This document shows positions 40,070-54,071 of a stretch of 64,000 bases of DNA, piece after piece. Numbering within the stretch: position 1 is the first letter of the stretch; every line of letters starts with the position of its first letter. This stretch comes from Paragordius varius (Eukaryota; Animalia; Nematomorpha). Below the pieces are notes generated by a model that was not told the origin of the DNA, did not search any database, and saw only the letters and a program-made list of their open reading frames with translations. The DNA is taken from NCBI GenBank assembly GCA_964247055.1, contig OZ176053.1:11346001-11410000 (forward strand), written 5' to 3'. A program made the position numbers and the translations under genes.

Positions 40070-40601
40070 TAGAGGTATCAAAATACCCCAGATAATATTT
40101 AAGGATATTTAAAAATTAGTGAAAAAAACGGTCCCAATATAAATTATGCTTCTATCCTTATATAAATTATATGAATAAGCCGAAATATTTAAATAAAATT
40201 TTTGAAGAAAACGTTCCATATCAAACTAGTTCGTCCCATTTATATTTAACTACATTTTTGCAAAATATCGTGTTTATTTAATTTTAAAGCTGAATTAAAG
40301 CTATTTTTATTTAAATCACATCAAATATTGATAGAAACAGAAAAAATGTTTTATTTTATATTATTATTTTGGTAATGCACACATGTCAAGTTGACTAAAT
40401 TTTAACTTTTGGGTTTTATTTTAATAATTAATATCAAATATTTTTGTATTAAATTTTTTTATATTTTGGTTCTTTAATGTATAAGTGCACACTTTTGCCA
40501 TGCATTCAATCCCTTCCATACTAAAGTATTTAATTTAAAGGAGGCTTGGAGTATCCGCCCTAATTTTAAAAGGACTGAAATGAATGTGTTGTATCCAAGT
40601 G
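40070..40601. mobile_element. Family D partial copy
   Basis: Reverse complement of the core and left arm of 20504-21421; ends GTATCCAAGTG followed by intact TTAA. Confidence 0.8.
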
Positions 40602-41279
40602 TTAATATCTTCCTTGTGTTGAAAGAAAAAACCATACAACAACTACTGCATTTGAATGACACTTTTCTAACCGTTTTTTTAATAAACATTAGGGCGGATA
40701 TAAAAGCGTATTCCATTTATTATTGCTCATAAATATTTTTTATATTACTAAATTTTTATATTTAAGTTCTATTTTATGAAACTTTTTCTTTTTATAATTG
40801 GGAATGCAATGTATTCATCGGTGTTGGATTTAGTAATTGGTATAAAAATATTTGCTCAAATAGGCTATTGAAATATTTTCAAACAACCCATCCAAGTTGG
40901 ATGCTTTGATTCTGGTACTTTTAGAAATTCAGTATTAGCTGATTTTTAAATTGCGACCGTATGTTTGTAATGCGGATACTCATTAATTATAATCTGAAGA
41001 TGCTTTCTTATAATGTAACACTCACCTTAAATTGTTTAATCTGAATTCAGAACAAATCAAAAAACGATTAACCATATGTTTGCAAATTTTGCCCTGTATA
41101 CACCTAGGTAAGTAATATAGTCGTTGAGTTTTCCATCTCTATATCAGCAGATGCAAAATGATCGTCGTCTCACGAATACGTTAGTTACCTTGAAAATATA
41201 ATATAACATATTTCTTTACCAAATATTTTTATATTTGATAAAAAACGCTAAAGAAAATCATCTTGCGTTAGTATTTGAT

Positions 41280-42217
41280 TGCAATAGACAACAAATTTTC
41301 TTGCCACTCAGGTTTTTTAGATTTTGATATTGTCAATTAATTCTTTATCAAAATTTTATAAAATTATTTTCTTGAAAACATACAACAGCTCATTTGTAAA
41401 ATATTAGAAAGAGTAATGAAACTCTATAAAATGCATACTAATGTATTTTACATCGATAGTTAATATTGAAGATAAGAAGCGACAAACCGGCGAAGCGAGA
41501 GCGTTTTTTAAATAACCTATTTTTGAAACTAAATAGATGTAAATAGCACATTTGTTTAGATGGCAATAAAGTCTAAAAAAATATAACTTATTGATTGAAA
41601 CATTTATTTATTGTTATGTCATTTAAAACATACATTTGTACTTTATCGTTTTTTATTAAATTACCATCTCATCAATATTAATTATTTTCTCCAAAAGCTA
41701 AAAAAAATTAAAAAATAATGATTAGAAATAAATTATAATGTTTGGTTTTTTTATGGCCATTATGAAATTTCACAGTTTTAACTATGCATTTTAGTATTAA
41801 CTAGGTAAAACAATTTTAATAAAGATTTTTATTAAAAAAAGCAAACCAAAAGCATTTTCAACATTTTTTTAATAATAAACTAATACCTAATAACTATAAT
41901 TGATTTTTAAATTAGTTAGTGTGTAAATTTTTTTGACCTATTTATGGGTTGAAAGTTTTGATCATACAAAGTCCAAAAACTTTTACATCAGATTGTAAAT
42001 GACTAACTACCATTCGAAAGATCGACTTCGCTATATATCATTTTAATTTTATTAATTTAATATTAAATCGGGGTCAAAAAAATTAATAAACACTTCTAAA
42101 AATTTCTAGGTAGTAGGCCTAATTTTTCTCAGATATATTATTTATATAATTTAATAAATAAATTTTAAATTTACAAAAATGGCACCTTAAAAAAGTCAAA
42201 ATTTATTGTCTAGTGTA
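41280..42217. mobile_element. Family E TIR element, copy 1 (TA-CACTAGAC termini)
   Basis: Left TGCAATAGACAACAAATTTTC versus right CAAAATTTATTGTCTAGTGTA; interior alignable with 44969-45897. Confidence 0.72.
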
Positions 42218-42226
42218 TACAATAAA

Positions 42227-42480
42227 CACAGTGCGTAAAATCCGGTTGTAATATTCAAAAATATTTATATTTTGATAGTCATAAACATCAGGATTCTAGA
42301 GATCTTTTCTTTGTGGATACAAGTAATATTTCCAATGTTGTTGTAGTTTCTCCGTATTGAAATATCGCATAATTCTAAAAATACACTATTTGCTTTAGAA
42401 ACACAGAAGTGCCGGGGATTGCGATAAATATAAACTAGATTATGACAAAAAATAAGTTAGTTTCACAAAAATGCATCCTT
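42227..42480. mobile_element. Family B left-end fragment
   Basis: Starts CACAGTGCGTAAAA, then TTTGATAG..CATCAGGATT and CGGGGATTGCGATAA as near 29283. Confidence 0.5.
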
Positions 42481-42726
42481 TGCAATAAAATTTAAATTTT
42501 AAATAAATTTTGGTAAATCGCATTTCTGATATATTGTTAATCGAAATTCTTAAAACTTTAATATAATTATATTAAAACCGAAATCTATAAGCAAACAATT
42601 CTAGATGTTGATAAAATCTTCAGCAGCATTGAATATCCAATTATATAGAAAATATAATTTTCCATTTTACTTCTAACCATAGCAACGCTTCAACATATGC
42701 ATTTTTAAAAATAATCTATTAATATA

Positions 42727-43880
42727 CAGTAAATGTTAATTTTTAATATCAAGAATTTTTTTTTAATCCATGTGGCATTTTTTTATCCTTTTAAAAGTTG
42801 TTTTACAAGCATATAAAAAATAACACTTACATATATATTTAAATGTACTTACATGTCCCTTTTCTGTACACATATATGAGAGATATATTAACATTGCAAT
42901 ATGTTCCCCTTTTCGCTACATATCTCATTATAGAAATGGTATTGCATATGTGTTGTGCCTACTTCATTAAATAATTTTTTAGGTTTATATATAATTTTTT
43001 TTATAAAAAATTAAGTTTTTAATAATTAATTAAAAAATATTTCAGAAAAGACTATAAAAAAATATATTTGAAACATATAAATCGCTTAGTGCGTAATAAA
43101 ACTTGTATTATACAAATTTAAATATTAATTTGATTTTGCTGACTTTTTTTGAAAACACTATATCACCTAAAATTAAAACTGAGAAATGTCACGAAAAATG
43201 GTAAAATAATACCATTTATAATTAAATATTTTACAAGTGGTAATTTATTTAAGCAAATATTTTTGACAATTTTTTTGGTGTGCTCATAATACTTAAGAAA
43301 ATGAATGTGCTGAATATTTTCAAGAATTTGAGTTAAATTTTCAATCAAATCTTCCACATTGAAATGGCATCTTTCCTGACTTTTTTTGATCTCTGAAGTC
43401 TGGGTTATTAATGTGCCATAGTTTGAATCTAATGTTGATGGCAAACTTTATTTATAATATCTTCTTCACAAAAACTATACATTTATTCTAAATTTCTTTT
43501 TGACAAAATAATAAAAACTTAATATTTTTTATAAAAAAAATATATAAACTTATTTAAAAATCAAAGTATGCACAACACATAACATACTGATTAATACCTA
43601 ATTTTATAAAAAATGTTATATCAAACCTAAATATTTATCAAAGTAGGCAAAACACATATGCGATTTACCATTTCTCAAATAATAAATGTAGCGAGAAGAG
43701 GAACATATTGCAATGTTAATGTATCTCTCATATATGTGTACCGAAAAGGGACATGTAAGTACATTTAAATATATATGTCAGTGTTATTTTTTATATGCTT
43801 GTAAAACAACTTTTAAAAGGATAAAAAATGCCACATGGATTAAAAAAAAAATTCTTGATATTAAAAATTAACATTTACTG
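42727..43880. mobile_element. Tc1/mariner-like non-autonomous element with ~280-bp TIRs
   Basis: TA-CAGTAAATGTTAATTTTTAATATCAAG...CTTGATATTAAAAATTAACATTTACTG-TA; the outer ~200 bp of the arms are nearly identical. Confidence 0.9.
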
Positions 43881-44968
43881 TATATATATATATTAGCATA
43901 TGTAACAAATAAAATCTCTCCACTAGGTTAAAATATTTGAGAGACACTAGTTTTTTAATTTATATAATTATTGTTTTCTGAATATATTTAATTTAGCATT
44001 ATGTGTGCTATTGCGGTTTTTAAAAGCAGAGGAAATACCACAATGGACATTATATGATTCGTTACCTTCAAAAGGAAAAGAACCATGCAATTAACATTTT
44101 TATAGCAAAATATAATATAAGGATGTATATTTGTGTATTGTAAATAGCATGGGCAAACTTGCATGTCCCCGAGGCATTACAAAAGATTGTATGTGTTCAA
44201 AGACTGACTCTCCTCAAATTTTTTCAACTCTTTAATGGATCATTTATTTAAATTTAGAAAATTGATAAGATTTTTCCTGTGCCGAATCGCTGGAAGTTTT
44301 TATATTTAAACAACAGATATGCACAATCCCGTATAGCAAAAGATATAACCCAAAAGCGCTTCAGATATGTATGGTCTTCCAAAATTCCAAACCCTTTTAA
44401 TTGTTACTTAATCATAATATTATTTAAATTAAAGCACATAAACGCTATTATTATATTGAGCTATAAATTTCTTTTGCCATACTCTAACGGTTAACATGGG
44501 TATGAGTTGCTCGAAATTTTAGCCATTAATTTTTGTGTTAAAACCCGCTATTTTGGTTTTAAGGATAAACAACAATTTACTGCCTGCAAATACTTGTGTG
44601 TCTTTGTTTGTTTTATTAGTAATTCCTGAGTATCAGATTTTCCTAAAAACACGAAAAAGGCACCAACTAAGCGGAGCGTTTCTCGATAAGCATAAGATTG
44701 CCATTTATGATATGCTTCCACCTCTGAATGGGGATACTTATAGGGAGTATAATGTTTTTTGTAATTATTGTGCAAAACATAAACACTGTGTCCACAAAAA
44801 AATACCTAATGAAATACAGAATGCATTCTATGTATCACACTATAGTTGGGTAAAATAAGATATAAATTGTTTATTTAACATTTTTTTTATACACCACTGG
44901 ATTGCCAATCTAATTAAAACGTAAAGCCATTATAAAATGTATATATATATATATATATATATATCCGA

Positions 44969-45897
44969 TAACACTAGAAAAATCGGTTATTTGCATTTTC
45001 TAATATTTACTATCATTTTAACAAAAAATCTAAAATATTTCGCCTAAGAATTTTGTATAAATCGATTTTTTAATTATGCGCCTTCTTTATCAAAATTTTA
45101 ATAAAAATATTTTTATTTGAAAATCCAACAAATGCCCATTTGTAGTAATGAAAACTCTATAAAATGCATGCTAATATGTTTTACATCGATTTAATATTGG
45201 ACATAGAAAGCGATGCGTTTTTCTCAATTAATATACTTTTAAAACTAATGGATGAAAATAGTTTAAACTTTGTCTAGATGGCAATGAATATCCAAAAACG
45301 ATAACTCAATTAAGTTTTTTTGATTAAAACACTTATTTATTGCATTTATATTATTCAAACAGCCATTTTTAAGTTTATCGTTATTTAAAAAATTACCATC
45401 TGATCATATTAATTTATTTTCTATAGGAGGCTTATAATTTTAAAAATTTTAAAAAAATAAAAACAAAGGTTAAGGTATTGATCTTATTAACGACTAGGTA
45501 AATTGATGATATTATAAAAGCAAACCAAAAGATTTTTAAAGATTTTTTTTTAATTTTTATACTAATGTAACCTTAGTATTTGTGAACTTATTTAAAGGTT
45601 GAAAATTATTAACTTATTTATGAAAATTATTACCATATAAACTCAAACATCAGATTAATTTTAAATGACTAACTACCATTAGAAAGATATAGTTTTTCGC
45701 GCTCTTTCAAATGATATAATACACGTGTCTATATCTTAAATTATTAATTTTGAAAATTTAGGTTTTATATAGAATTGGGGCATTAAATATAAACCCTAAT
45801 AAATTATACTTAGGTGTTGAACCAATTTTTGTCCATATATACTATTAATTTAAATTTACAAGCAGTTAAAATGAGTCAAACTTTGTGGTCTAGTGTA
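44969..45897. mobile_element. Family E TIR element, copy 2
   Basis: TAACACTAGAA...GGTCTAGTGTA; direct repeat of 41280-42217; lies next to a (TA)n tract. Confidence 0.75.
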
Positions 45898-45900
45898 ATG

Positions 45901-46817
45901 CATCAAGATTATCATGGTGCTTGGGTTTTTGCTCTCAAGAGTGATTTAAAGTTATTTGCACTTTTGTAATAACTATTACATGCGAAAAAATAGCAAAGTT
46001 TGCGTACTTTAATTAAAATTTGAAAATTAAATGCTTAATTCCAAAAATATCACTGCATATATCGTAATATTATAAGATGCACTAAATTCTAACAATTAAA
46101 TAATTTTTTTCGGAAAAAATGCATTTTTGCTTAAAAATTTAATTTATAGCAATTTTAGCGTACTTTATACTGTTTCGAAGCATGATGGAAACGGAATAAA
46201 AACGTCTTAAAATAAAATAATACTTTAATAATTAGATGATGTTGAAAATTTTTATCGTTTCAGAGTTTTGATTTAACTATTCGTTCATCTTTGAATTTAT
46301 GTTATTTATAGAATGATCTCTTGAAAAACCCAGATTAAATAAACTAAAGTAAAGGAAATATTCAGCATCATCGAAATATATAAAAAAATGGTTTAAGGGC
46401 ACGTTATTCCGTTTCCATCATGCCATAATATGAAGTACGCTTACAAAATTTTGCTATAAATTAAATTATTAAGTAAAATATGCATTTTTTAGAAAAAACC
46501 TTTTTTGACGTTAATTAGCATATGCTTATGTTTGTCTTATGATCTCGGCATTTTTGCGTTTTCATTTTAGGTCAAGTAACCCATTTTAGAAGGGCAAAAA
46601 AATTCAAAATTTTAAGGTCAACATCTAAAATTTAAAAATATTGCTTTTTATTTGTAGTTATAGTGATTTTTTTGGAATGAAGCATTTAGCTTTCACCAAA
46701 ACTTACTTAACATAATATTTCGATGTCAGAATATGGGAATACCACAAAAGTGTAATTAACTTTCAATCACTCGTAAGCTCCAAAACCAAAATATGATCCT
46801 GATACAATTATCTATCA

Positions 46818-46857
<40 letters not shown>

Positions 46858-46890
46858 CATCATGATTTTTTAACTTCTTATTTTCACGCA
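45901..46890. mobile_element. Family B palindromic element, most complete copy
   Basis: Left ATCAAGATTATCATGGTGCTTGGG..AAGAGTGATT mirrors right AATCACTCGTAAG..AACCAAAATATGATCCTGAT; inner GAAGCATGATGGAAACGGAATAA mirrors TTATTCCGTTTCCATCATGCC. Confidence 0.8.
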
Positions 46891-47090
46891 AAATCAAAAG
46901 CAGCAAAATATGGCCAGGTTAATGTACAAACTATTTTTTACAATTTTTTATGTAGGTTTTCCTTAATCATTATTTTAAGATCTGCATAAAACGTAATGAC
47001 ACAATACATTAATTTGGAAATAAAAATTCTATTCATGTTTAACAATGGTATTAGTGATGGCATTTCGTTGATATAATCTGTTATGTTCAC

Positions 47091-50014
47091 CCAGTTTTCT
47101 TGAGTGGATGATTGCAGTATTGTAAATTAAGGATATATTCTTTTGCGGGTTCATTTACTATTGCTTGAACCTCAGATACATCTTTTATTTTGGAATTGAG
47201 TAGGCCTGCAAACATTACAGCGGGTCGAGTTTGAAATCCCTGCCCTAAAATAAAAATTTAATATTTTCATTTGCCAAAATACAAGCTTCTTGCGTATTAT
47301 CTGATACAATTTAAAGTTTAGCATCCAAGGTTAGGGATGACCGGTTGCGAATGTTTTAGTGACCGAGAATGAAACCGCTTAAAAAATCACCAGACAAAAA
47401 CTTTTTGGAAATGATTACATATAAAATATAAAAGGCTTATATTTAATTAAGAATAAATACCAATATTTATTGATACATTAGCAGTATCAAACGAATTTGA
47501 TGGTAACATTATATTTATTATACCATATAACACCCTTTTTATATTAATGATTGGTTATACCATTAGGAAATCTTATAGGTGGTCTAGGCCTAACTGAAAC
47601 CATAATTTATAAATCCCCTGGATAGATTAATATATATCACAAGAATTAAAATGGTAAAAATTATGAAAATTAATCATAATATATTTTACAAATTATATAT
47701 GTGTTGAGTGCTAAAAACTATCAAAGCTCAATGTTGACTGCAATTCAAAGAAAAAATAATTTTCTTCTTGAGGCTTTACAAGTTTACCACATTTCATTTT
47801 ATCCGTATCGTTGTTAACGATTTAAAAAATTTGTTAGAACTACTTACACATGAGAAAATATATATTATGTATTAAATTTTTTATACATTATAATAAATTA
47901 TTGAGTTTCATAAAGGTTTTATATTTATATTACTATCAATTTGAATTGGTAATCGTAGATTGTCAGCTAATGGGATAGGAGTTACAAGGGAGTTTTGATT
48001 CACAAACGTGAATATGATCGGGTTGGCATCCATTCGACCATACCGATCCAACATCCGTTGGGCAAGGTGAAGACCACGGTCTCTCCTAGTTTTTCCACCT
48101 ATAACAAAATAATGGGTAAAGTGAATAATATATCCCTTGTTTCTGAACTAATAAAAAATTTTAAAACAAAAAATCCAATTTCGAGTGAATTAAAGGATAA
48201 AACAACATATATTGATTATGCTAAAGAAGCCTTTTTTAAGAAAGTAAACCTATTACACCATACCTATGAAAAGGACGAGTTAAGTTTAATAATACAGGGT
48301 TTTTACTCATAACATGTACTTCGTAAATTTGTTCTGAATTGGTTTATATTTTTTTTAAAGTTACTCGAACCAACAATATTAAAAAATGGTTTAGTGATTA
48401 GAACATGGGAAACATATTAATATGTCACACCCTAGGTAAACGGATAAATTATGATGATAACAAAGACTTTAGGCAAAATAAATTAAGAAACTCAAAAATC
48501 AGCAAAGGATATTATTAACAATAAGCGAGTTGTTTTGACGCCATTTATAATCCGGTGTTTTTGAAATAAATTCAATAATGCTTCCTTTTTCCTAAATAAC
48601 ATAACATGGAAATAATGTAGAAATCGATAATTTAATATTTTGGATAGTAACCATAGATCAAAAACTATGGTCTATATTTTAATCGTGATGAAACATCAAA
48701 CTTAACCGATAAGGGTAGGTATTACAATTATTAGTGGGCTAATAAACGGGTTTGGAATCTTTTTAAATTTACCTCAGTTATTTTCATTTTATATTATCTC
48801 TGGTTTATAGATTGGGTAATTGCCATTTCTGAATAAAAATTAATTCCCTAAATTAATGATTACGCTCAGAAAGTTTTTTACCGATCGGTTTGTGTCGCCG
48901 AAATTTGGAATAAATAATTTTTGTATTATCGCCACGATATAAATCTAAGCGTATAACTGATCGATTCCCATAAACGCCCATACCAACATGAGTTCCATCC
49001 AATCCAATTTTGTATATGGCATTAATTGCTTTAATCAATGTCTTATGCATATAAAATATAGGCAAAATTATTTTTGATTATATTAGTATGTAAAATGGGC
49101 TAAGTTTATTAGAAAAAGAGAGGGGTTTTATAATTTTCCATTTTTGAACAAATAAATTAATCTCAAAGTCTATTAAATGTTTTGTTCTAAATTCAGAAGA
49201 TATTGGGCTAATTTATTAAATTATTCAATCATTAACAACTTTATTTATGCACTGCACTCGATACTTTTTACATAAAAAAATAATTTAATAGGCTGTTGTT
49301 TTAATAAATATTATTGTGTACAAATAATTTTGCTACATGACAACAGTTTAGTTTTCTATTTTCTGTTTATTTAGTTTTTACCGTCACGGAATTTAGAAGT
49401 ATATATATAAAACATCAGATTCTTAAATAACCATACTATATTACAAAAGGATTATAATTGTTAATCAATAATCTATTTAATAATTTTTCCAATAAAAAAT
49501 TTTATATGCATGAATAAAGAAGCTCTGGTCGCCATTTTATAAGGTGCAAAACCTAGTTTACATTCACTAATAAAAAATGTATGTTTCTGAATGCTTTTAA
49601 AATAAAATGTGTAAACTATATATACCTTAGCAAATGCCAATTGACAGTTGTAAAGTGAATTGGTAACTCCGTGAGATGCATCAAACAGCAAAATTATGTC
49701 AAAGATCGGAGAATGCAAAGTTGAACGACCTGGCATAATAAAATTTTGTCTTTTTAAAGGATTCATTCCTAAATTGGCTGGTGTTGTGATGTTATCCTCC
49801 ATTCTTATTTGTGATATTAATTCTTTCAAATATAATGATTTTTGCGTGTTAAAATTATCAGTATTATTTAACTCTTTATTGACATTTATTTTAGGATTAG
49901 TTTTTGCTTGCTTGGATATAGGAGAACCAGCTGTGGTAGGTGGAAAAAGCACAATTAATTTTTGTGTCAATTTGTCTACTTGCTTTTTGTGATATATCGA
50001 TCGCATGATTGAGG
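47091..50014 (-). CDS. von Willebrand factor A domain protein (partial gene model)
   Basis: Exons 50014-49626, 49041-48882, 48098-47934 and probably 47205-47091 splice in frame: DIILLFDASHGV..QLAFAK|TLIKAINAIYKIGLDGTHVGMGVYG..HKPI|GGKTRRDRGLHLAQRML..NPIIFTFVN..|SLLNSK..AIVNEPAKEYILNL. First and last exons not found. Confidence 0.75.
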
Positions 50015-51761
50015 CTGCAAATAAAATTTTTTATTACATTTAACAACAAACTTACTTTTGACAAATGTAAAATGTTAACGTCTATACTATCTATAATAAT
50101 TTATTTAATTTTTAAAACGAAATTATAATGGTGCCAAAAGAAATGTTATGCTTTCTTAAAAACGGCTTAATCTATATTTACTTAATTATAAATGATAATT
50201 AGAGATTAGAATAATGACTATAAACCTATTTGTCATTAATTCTGCAAATGTAATTTTAACAAATTTCTACAAATGGATAAATTGATAACAAAGAATTATT
50301 TTACGAGTGTTGGGTCGGTTAAAAAAAATCAAAAATAATAAAATAATAAGAAATTGGACCCTACTAAACTATCAGCCTATTTGAACCCGTTTAGAGTACG
50401 ACAAGTCTAAATTTTTATTACATGCTGTTTAAATTTTAAATGTTTTAGCTATTTATTGACATTTTACAAAAAAAATTCTACCTGTATAAAAAAGTTAACC
50501 AAAATTATAAGTCTGCGAACCCAAAAATGGCAGGGGAACTGTAATATGAAAATCGCAATTTAATAGAATAAATAAAATTGATGCAAGGTTAAATCAGATA
50601 CATGTTAATAAGATAGAAAAAAAACCACCATATATGGTTTGATAAATATCTTAAAATAAAATAATTGAAGCATATACAAAAATGTTACCATATTCTGGGA
50701 TATTTTGGGCAAAAAGCGTAATAAAGTATCCAAGCAGAATAAAGTAAAATAAAAAGGTAGAATTTTTTTCCTTCATAGTCTTTGCAATGTGAATTAATTC
50801 ATGCCAATTTGTTTAAACATGGTTGGTTGGTTGGTTGGTAAAAATGCGGTATATTAAATCATAAATTATATAGAATTTAACGAATGTGTATAAAAATTTT
50901 GGATTATATTATGGCTTTAATATTCTTTAACATTTATTTGTCAAATTGCTGGCCATTAAAATGCGCGTATAGGTGAAAGTTAAATAGATGCCTACAAATT
51001 TTAATTAGTTTAACAAGGTTTTTATTAAATATAAATTAAAATTTACTCTTTTTTCCGTGTTCATATATATATGGAATATGGAAAAAATTAAAGAAATATC
51101 GTCGCATTTAATTGTGTAAATTATGTTAGATAACATATTCCCTACATATAGTTGTCCACATAATAACTGTCCTTGGCACATATGAGACAAAAATGTATAT
51201 TTTGTACAAAAAAAGTTTATTATTGATCACATATAGTTATCATATTTTGTGCTAAAACATAAAAAAAATAACCAAGAAAGTCAAATTTAAAAAAATCTAT
51301 AAAATTGTCTTTTGTTACACGCTTGCTTTATTGGTAATTCACAGAGAAGAAATATAATATTTTTTTGAAGCCAAAGATGAATATTGATTAGATTCGTAAT
51401 AGGATGTCATAAAAAATTAATGCCTTCGTCCTTTATGGCTAAAAGATTTGATAGTATAAATAAAATATAAAAGGTAAACCATTAAAACCTAACCTAAATG
51501 TATAATGCTAAGATAAAATTATGTAATAAGGACCCATTTTTATGAATAAAAAATTATTTTTGGGGTTGAATGCCAGCGTATTTATGTGACTTTATCCTTT
51601 TTTGAATAATATTCCATATTTTTTATCATTTTTGGCTCATCAGGAAAAAATAAAATTCGTTTATTTCGATTCTAACTGTAAAAAACTTGCAGAAAAACAG
51701 GACAGACTATACGGTCTCAATTAGTACCTAATTGATTGAAGATTTGACAAAACTTACATAA

Positions 51762-52017
51762 TATACGATTTACAGTTCAAATTCACCCTTATGGGTTTTC
51801 GAACTAATATAACTCATTATTAATGTGAAATATATTTTTATGGCATACTTTATTATTTTTCAGTATTATTTTAATTTAAAACAAAATTTTATTTTTTAAA
51901 AATATATAAAAATATAGGTAATTTTTAATCATAAAAAACATACAATTTATTTGAGGGTGAATGAATTGTTTCAGGGTATATTTGAAATGTTCAAGGGTGT
52001 GAATTGTAAATGGTATA
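51762..52017. mobile_element. MITE family A copy (opposite orientation, one end shortened)
   Basis: TATACGATTTACAGTTCAAATTCACCC...GAATTGTAAATGGTATA. Confidence 0.85.
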
Positions 52018-52234
52018 TTTTCCATTAAACTTCTTATAAAAATATTTTTGAAAAAAAATTTACCTATATACCTGCTTAAGTTAGGTTTAAGAAAAGAAAT
52101 GGATATAATAAAAGTGCTTTACCTTCCTATTTTTGAGAACCGATATTTAATCATAGCCTTTTACAAATTTACCATAAAATTTTATTGAAAAAATCTTTTA
52201 GTCTTTGGTATAATATACCGGTTTTTAGAATACC

Positions 52235-52330
52235 ACATTTTTTTAAGCAAACTCAACATTTTTTAACCAAATGCAACATTTTTTAAGCAAAGACAACTTT
52301 TCCAAAAAACCTAACATTTACTCAAAAACA
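52235..52330. repeat. ~20-bp degenerate tandem repeat
   Basis: ACATTTTTT(T)AAGCAAACTCA-like unit, three clear and about two degenerate copies. Confidence 0.6.
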
Positions 52331-52360
52331 ATGTTTTATTATAAAATCTAAATAAATTGA

Positions 52361-52950
52361 CACTTGGATACAACACATTCATTTCAGTCCTTCGATTCAA
52401 ATTGGGGTAGTTGGATACCCCAGGCCTGTTTAAAAGTAAATAGTTTAAAAATATGGAAGGAATCGGAACCATGTCAAAATTTTGTACTTATGTAACATTA
52501 ATTAACCGAAATATATAAAAAATTTTATTTAAAAAAAATACTTGATATTGCTTATTTTGATGTGAAACATCAAGGTAAAAATTTACTCAACGTAACATGT
52601 GTGCGTTGGCTAAATTTAAAATTAATAAAAAAATAGACTACATTTTATATTTCTATTGATGTTAGATGTAATTTAAATATAAAATTAGCTTTAATTTTAC
52701 CATTAAAATTAAATGTAAACGATATTTTGCAAAAATTTTCTAAATTAAAATTGGCGTCGAAGTAGTCTGATAATGGAACTTTTTTTTCAAAATTAAATTT
52801 TATTTAGATATTTTGGTTATTTATATAATTTTTATCAGGATAGAAGCATAAATTTAAATTGGGACCGTTTCATTAGATAGTTTTTTAAAAAATATTGATT
52901 TAAATTTAGCTTGGGGTATTTAGACACCCCAATATGAATCAAAGTGTTAG
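52361..52950. mobile_element. Family D partial copy (left arm and core)
   Basis: TTGA-CACTTGGATACAACACATTCATTTCAGTCC.. colinear with 20504-21080; right arm absent. Confidence 0.85.
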
Positions 52951-54071
52951 TTAATAGTACATAAAGATTGTCTTCTGTTATATAAAACTCCAATATGTTA
53001 TCGCGGACAAAAGGTGAGAAGATCATAAAGCTTTAAAGGACTTATAAAGTATATGCATAGTGCTTACAAAAATACTAGAAATAGATATATTTTAGTAAGA
53101 AAATATACAATGAGGATTTCAATGATTTCTCGACTTTCAAGCCATTTTTCACAAGAATATTTTATACCCCCAGATTTCGGACCCAGGGTACATTGAACTC
53201 TGTCTTGTATGCTCTTAAGTGGTTTTAAATAAAAGAATAATCAAAATTCTTGTTAATACCCTAAACCATTCGATACAAGGCTTCCCTCATAATTCTTTGG
53301 ATATCACTTCTATTCGATTTGGGGTAGAGAGTTACCCTAGATTTAAATTGATATTATTACCAAACGACTGAAAGGGTAACTTCCGATCAAAATTTATACT
53401 CTAATAAAATTTCAAAAAACAAGCCAAATCTAAATAAAATATAGTTTTTAAAAAACGTTTGCTATCAAATTACATACAATTTTTATTGGGGGAAAACGTC
53501 TTTTGATTCTAAATTTAAAAATTATGTGAATATTTTATTATAATCGCATTTAATAAAGAGAATAAATAATTGGTTTTTTATGATATTTTTTGTTAATGCA
53601 CCCATGTCATATTTTTAACTTACGGTTTATTTATAAAATTAATAGCAAATTTTGTTATACTTTTAATTCTGTTATTATAATATTTTAAAAAATATTCATA
53701 TTGAATTGGCAGTCATAATCGATTAACCTGTTAACCCGAGTATGCCTTGAACTTGAGTTATAAATTTTTACAAAATTTATGAATTTTTTGGATACATGAA
53801 TATTGATACAAAAGTGTTTCAAACTATATAAGTTTTGAAATATATTTTAAAAAACTTTATGAAAAAAAGACCTTTACGATAAATTATTAAAGTTTGTATT
53901 TTAACAATGTATGGTAAGAATTCTTTTTTCATAGAAAGTTTACTCAAAATATATTAAATACTCATATGGTTTATAAAATATATTTTTAGAAAAGTTTTCT
54001 TGAAAAAGGATAGTATTTTACCTGAACGCCTGCAAAAATGAATCATCTCGTTTTGTCATGTGATTCACAAC

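Noticed and set aside
42227-42260. Full RSS or ProtoRAG terminus
   Set aside because: Heptamer present but no ACAAAAACC nonamer at 12- or 23-nt spacing, and a few CACAGTG hits are expected by chance in 64 kb.
44279-44858. Overlapping ORFs on both strands as a gene
   Set aside because: No motifs and no consistent splice solution; could hide vWA-gene exons but unsupported.
47995-48312. 105-aa plus-strand ORF; likewise 49696-49992
   Set aside because: Antisense shadows of the minus-strand vWA exons.
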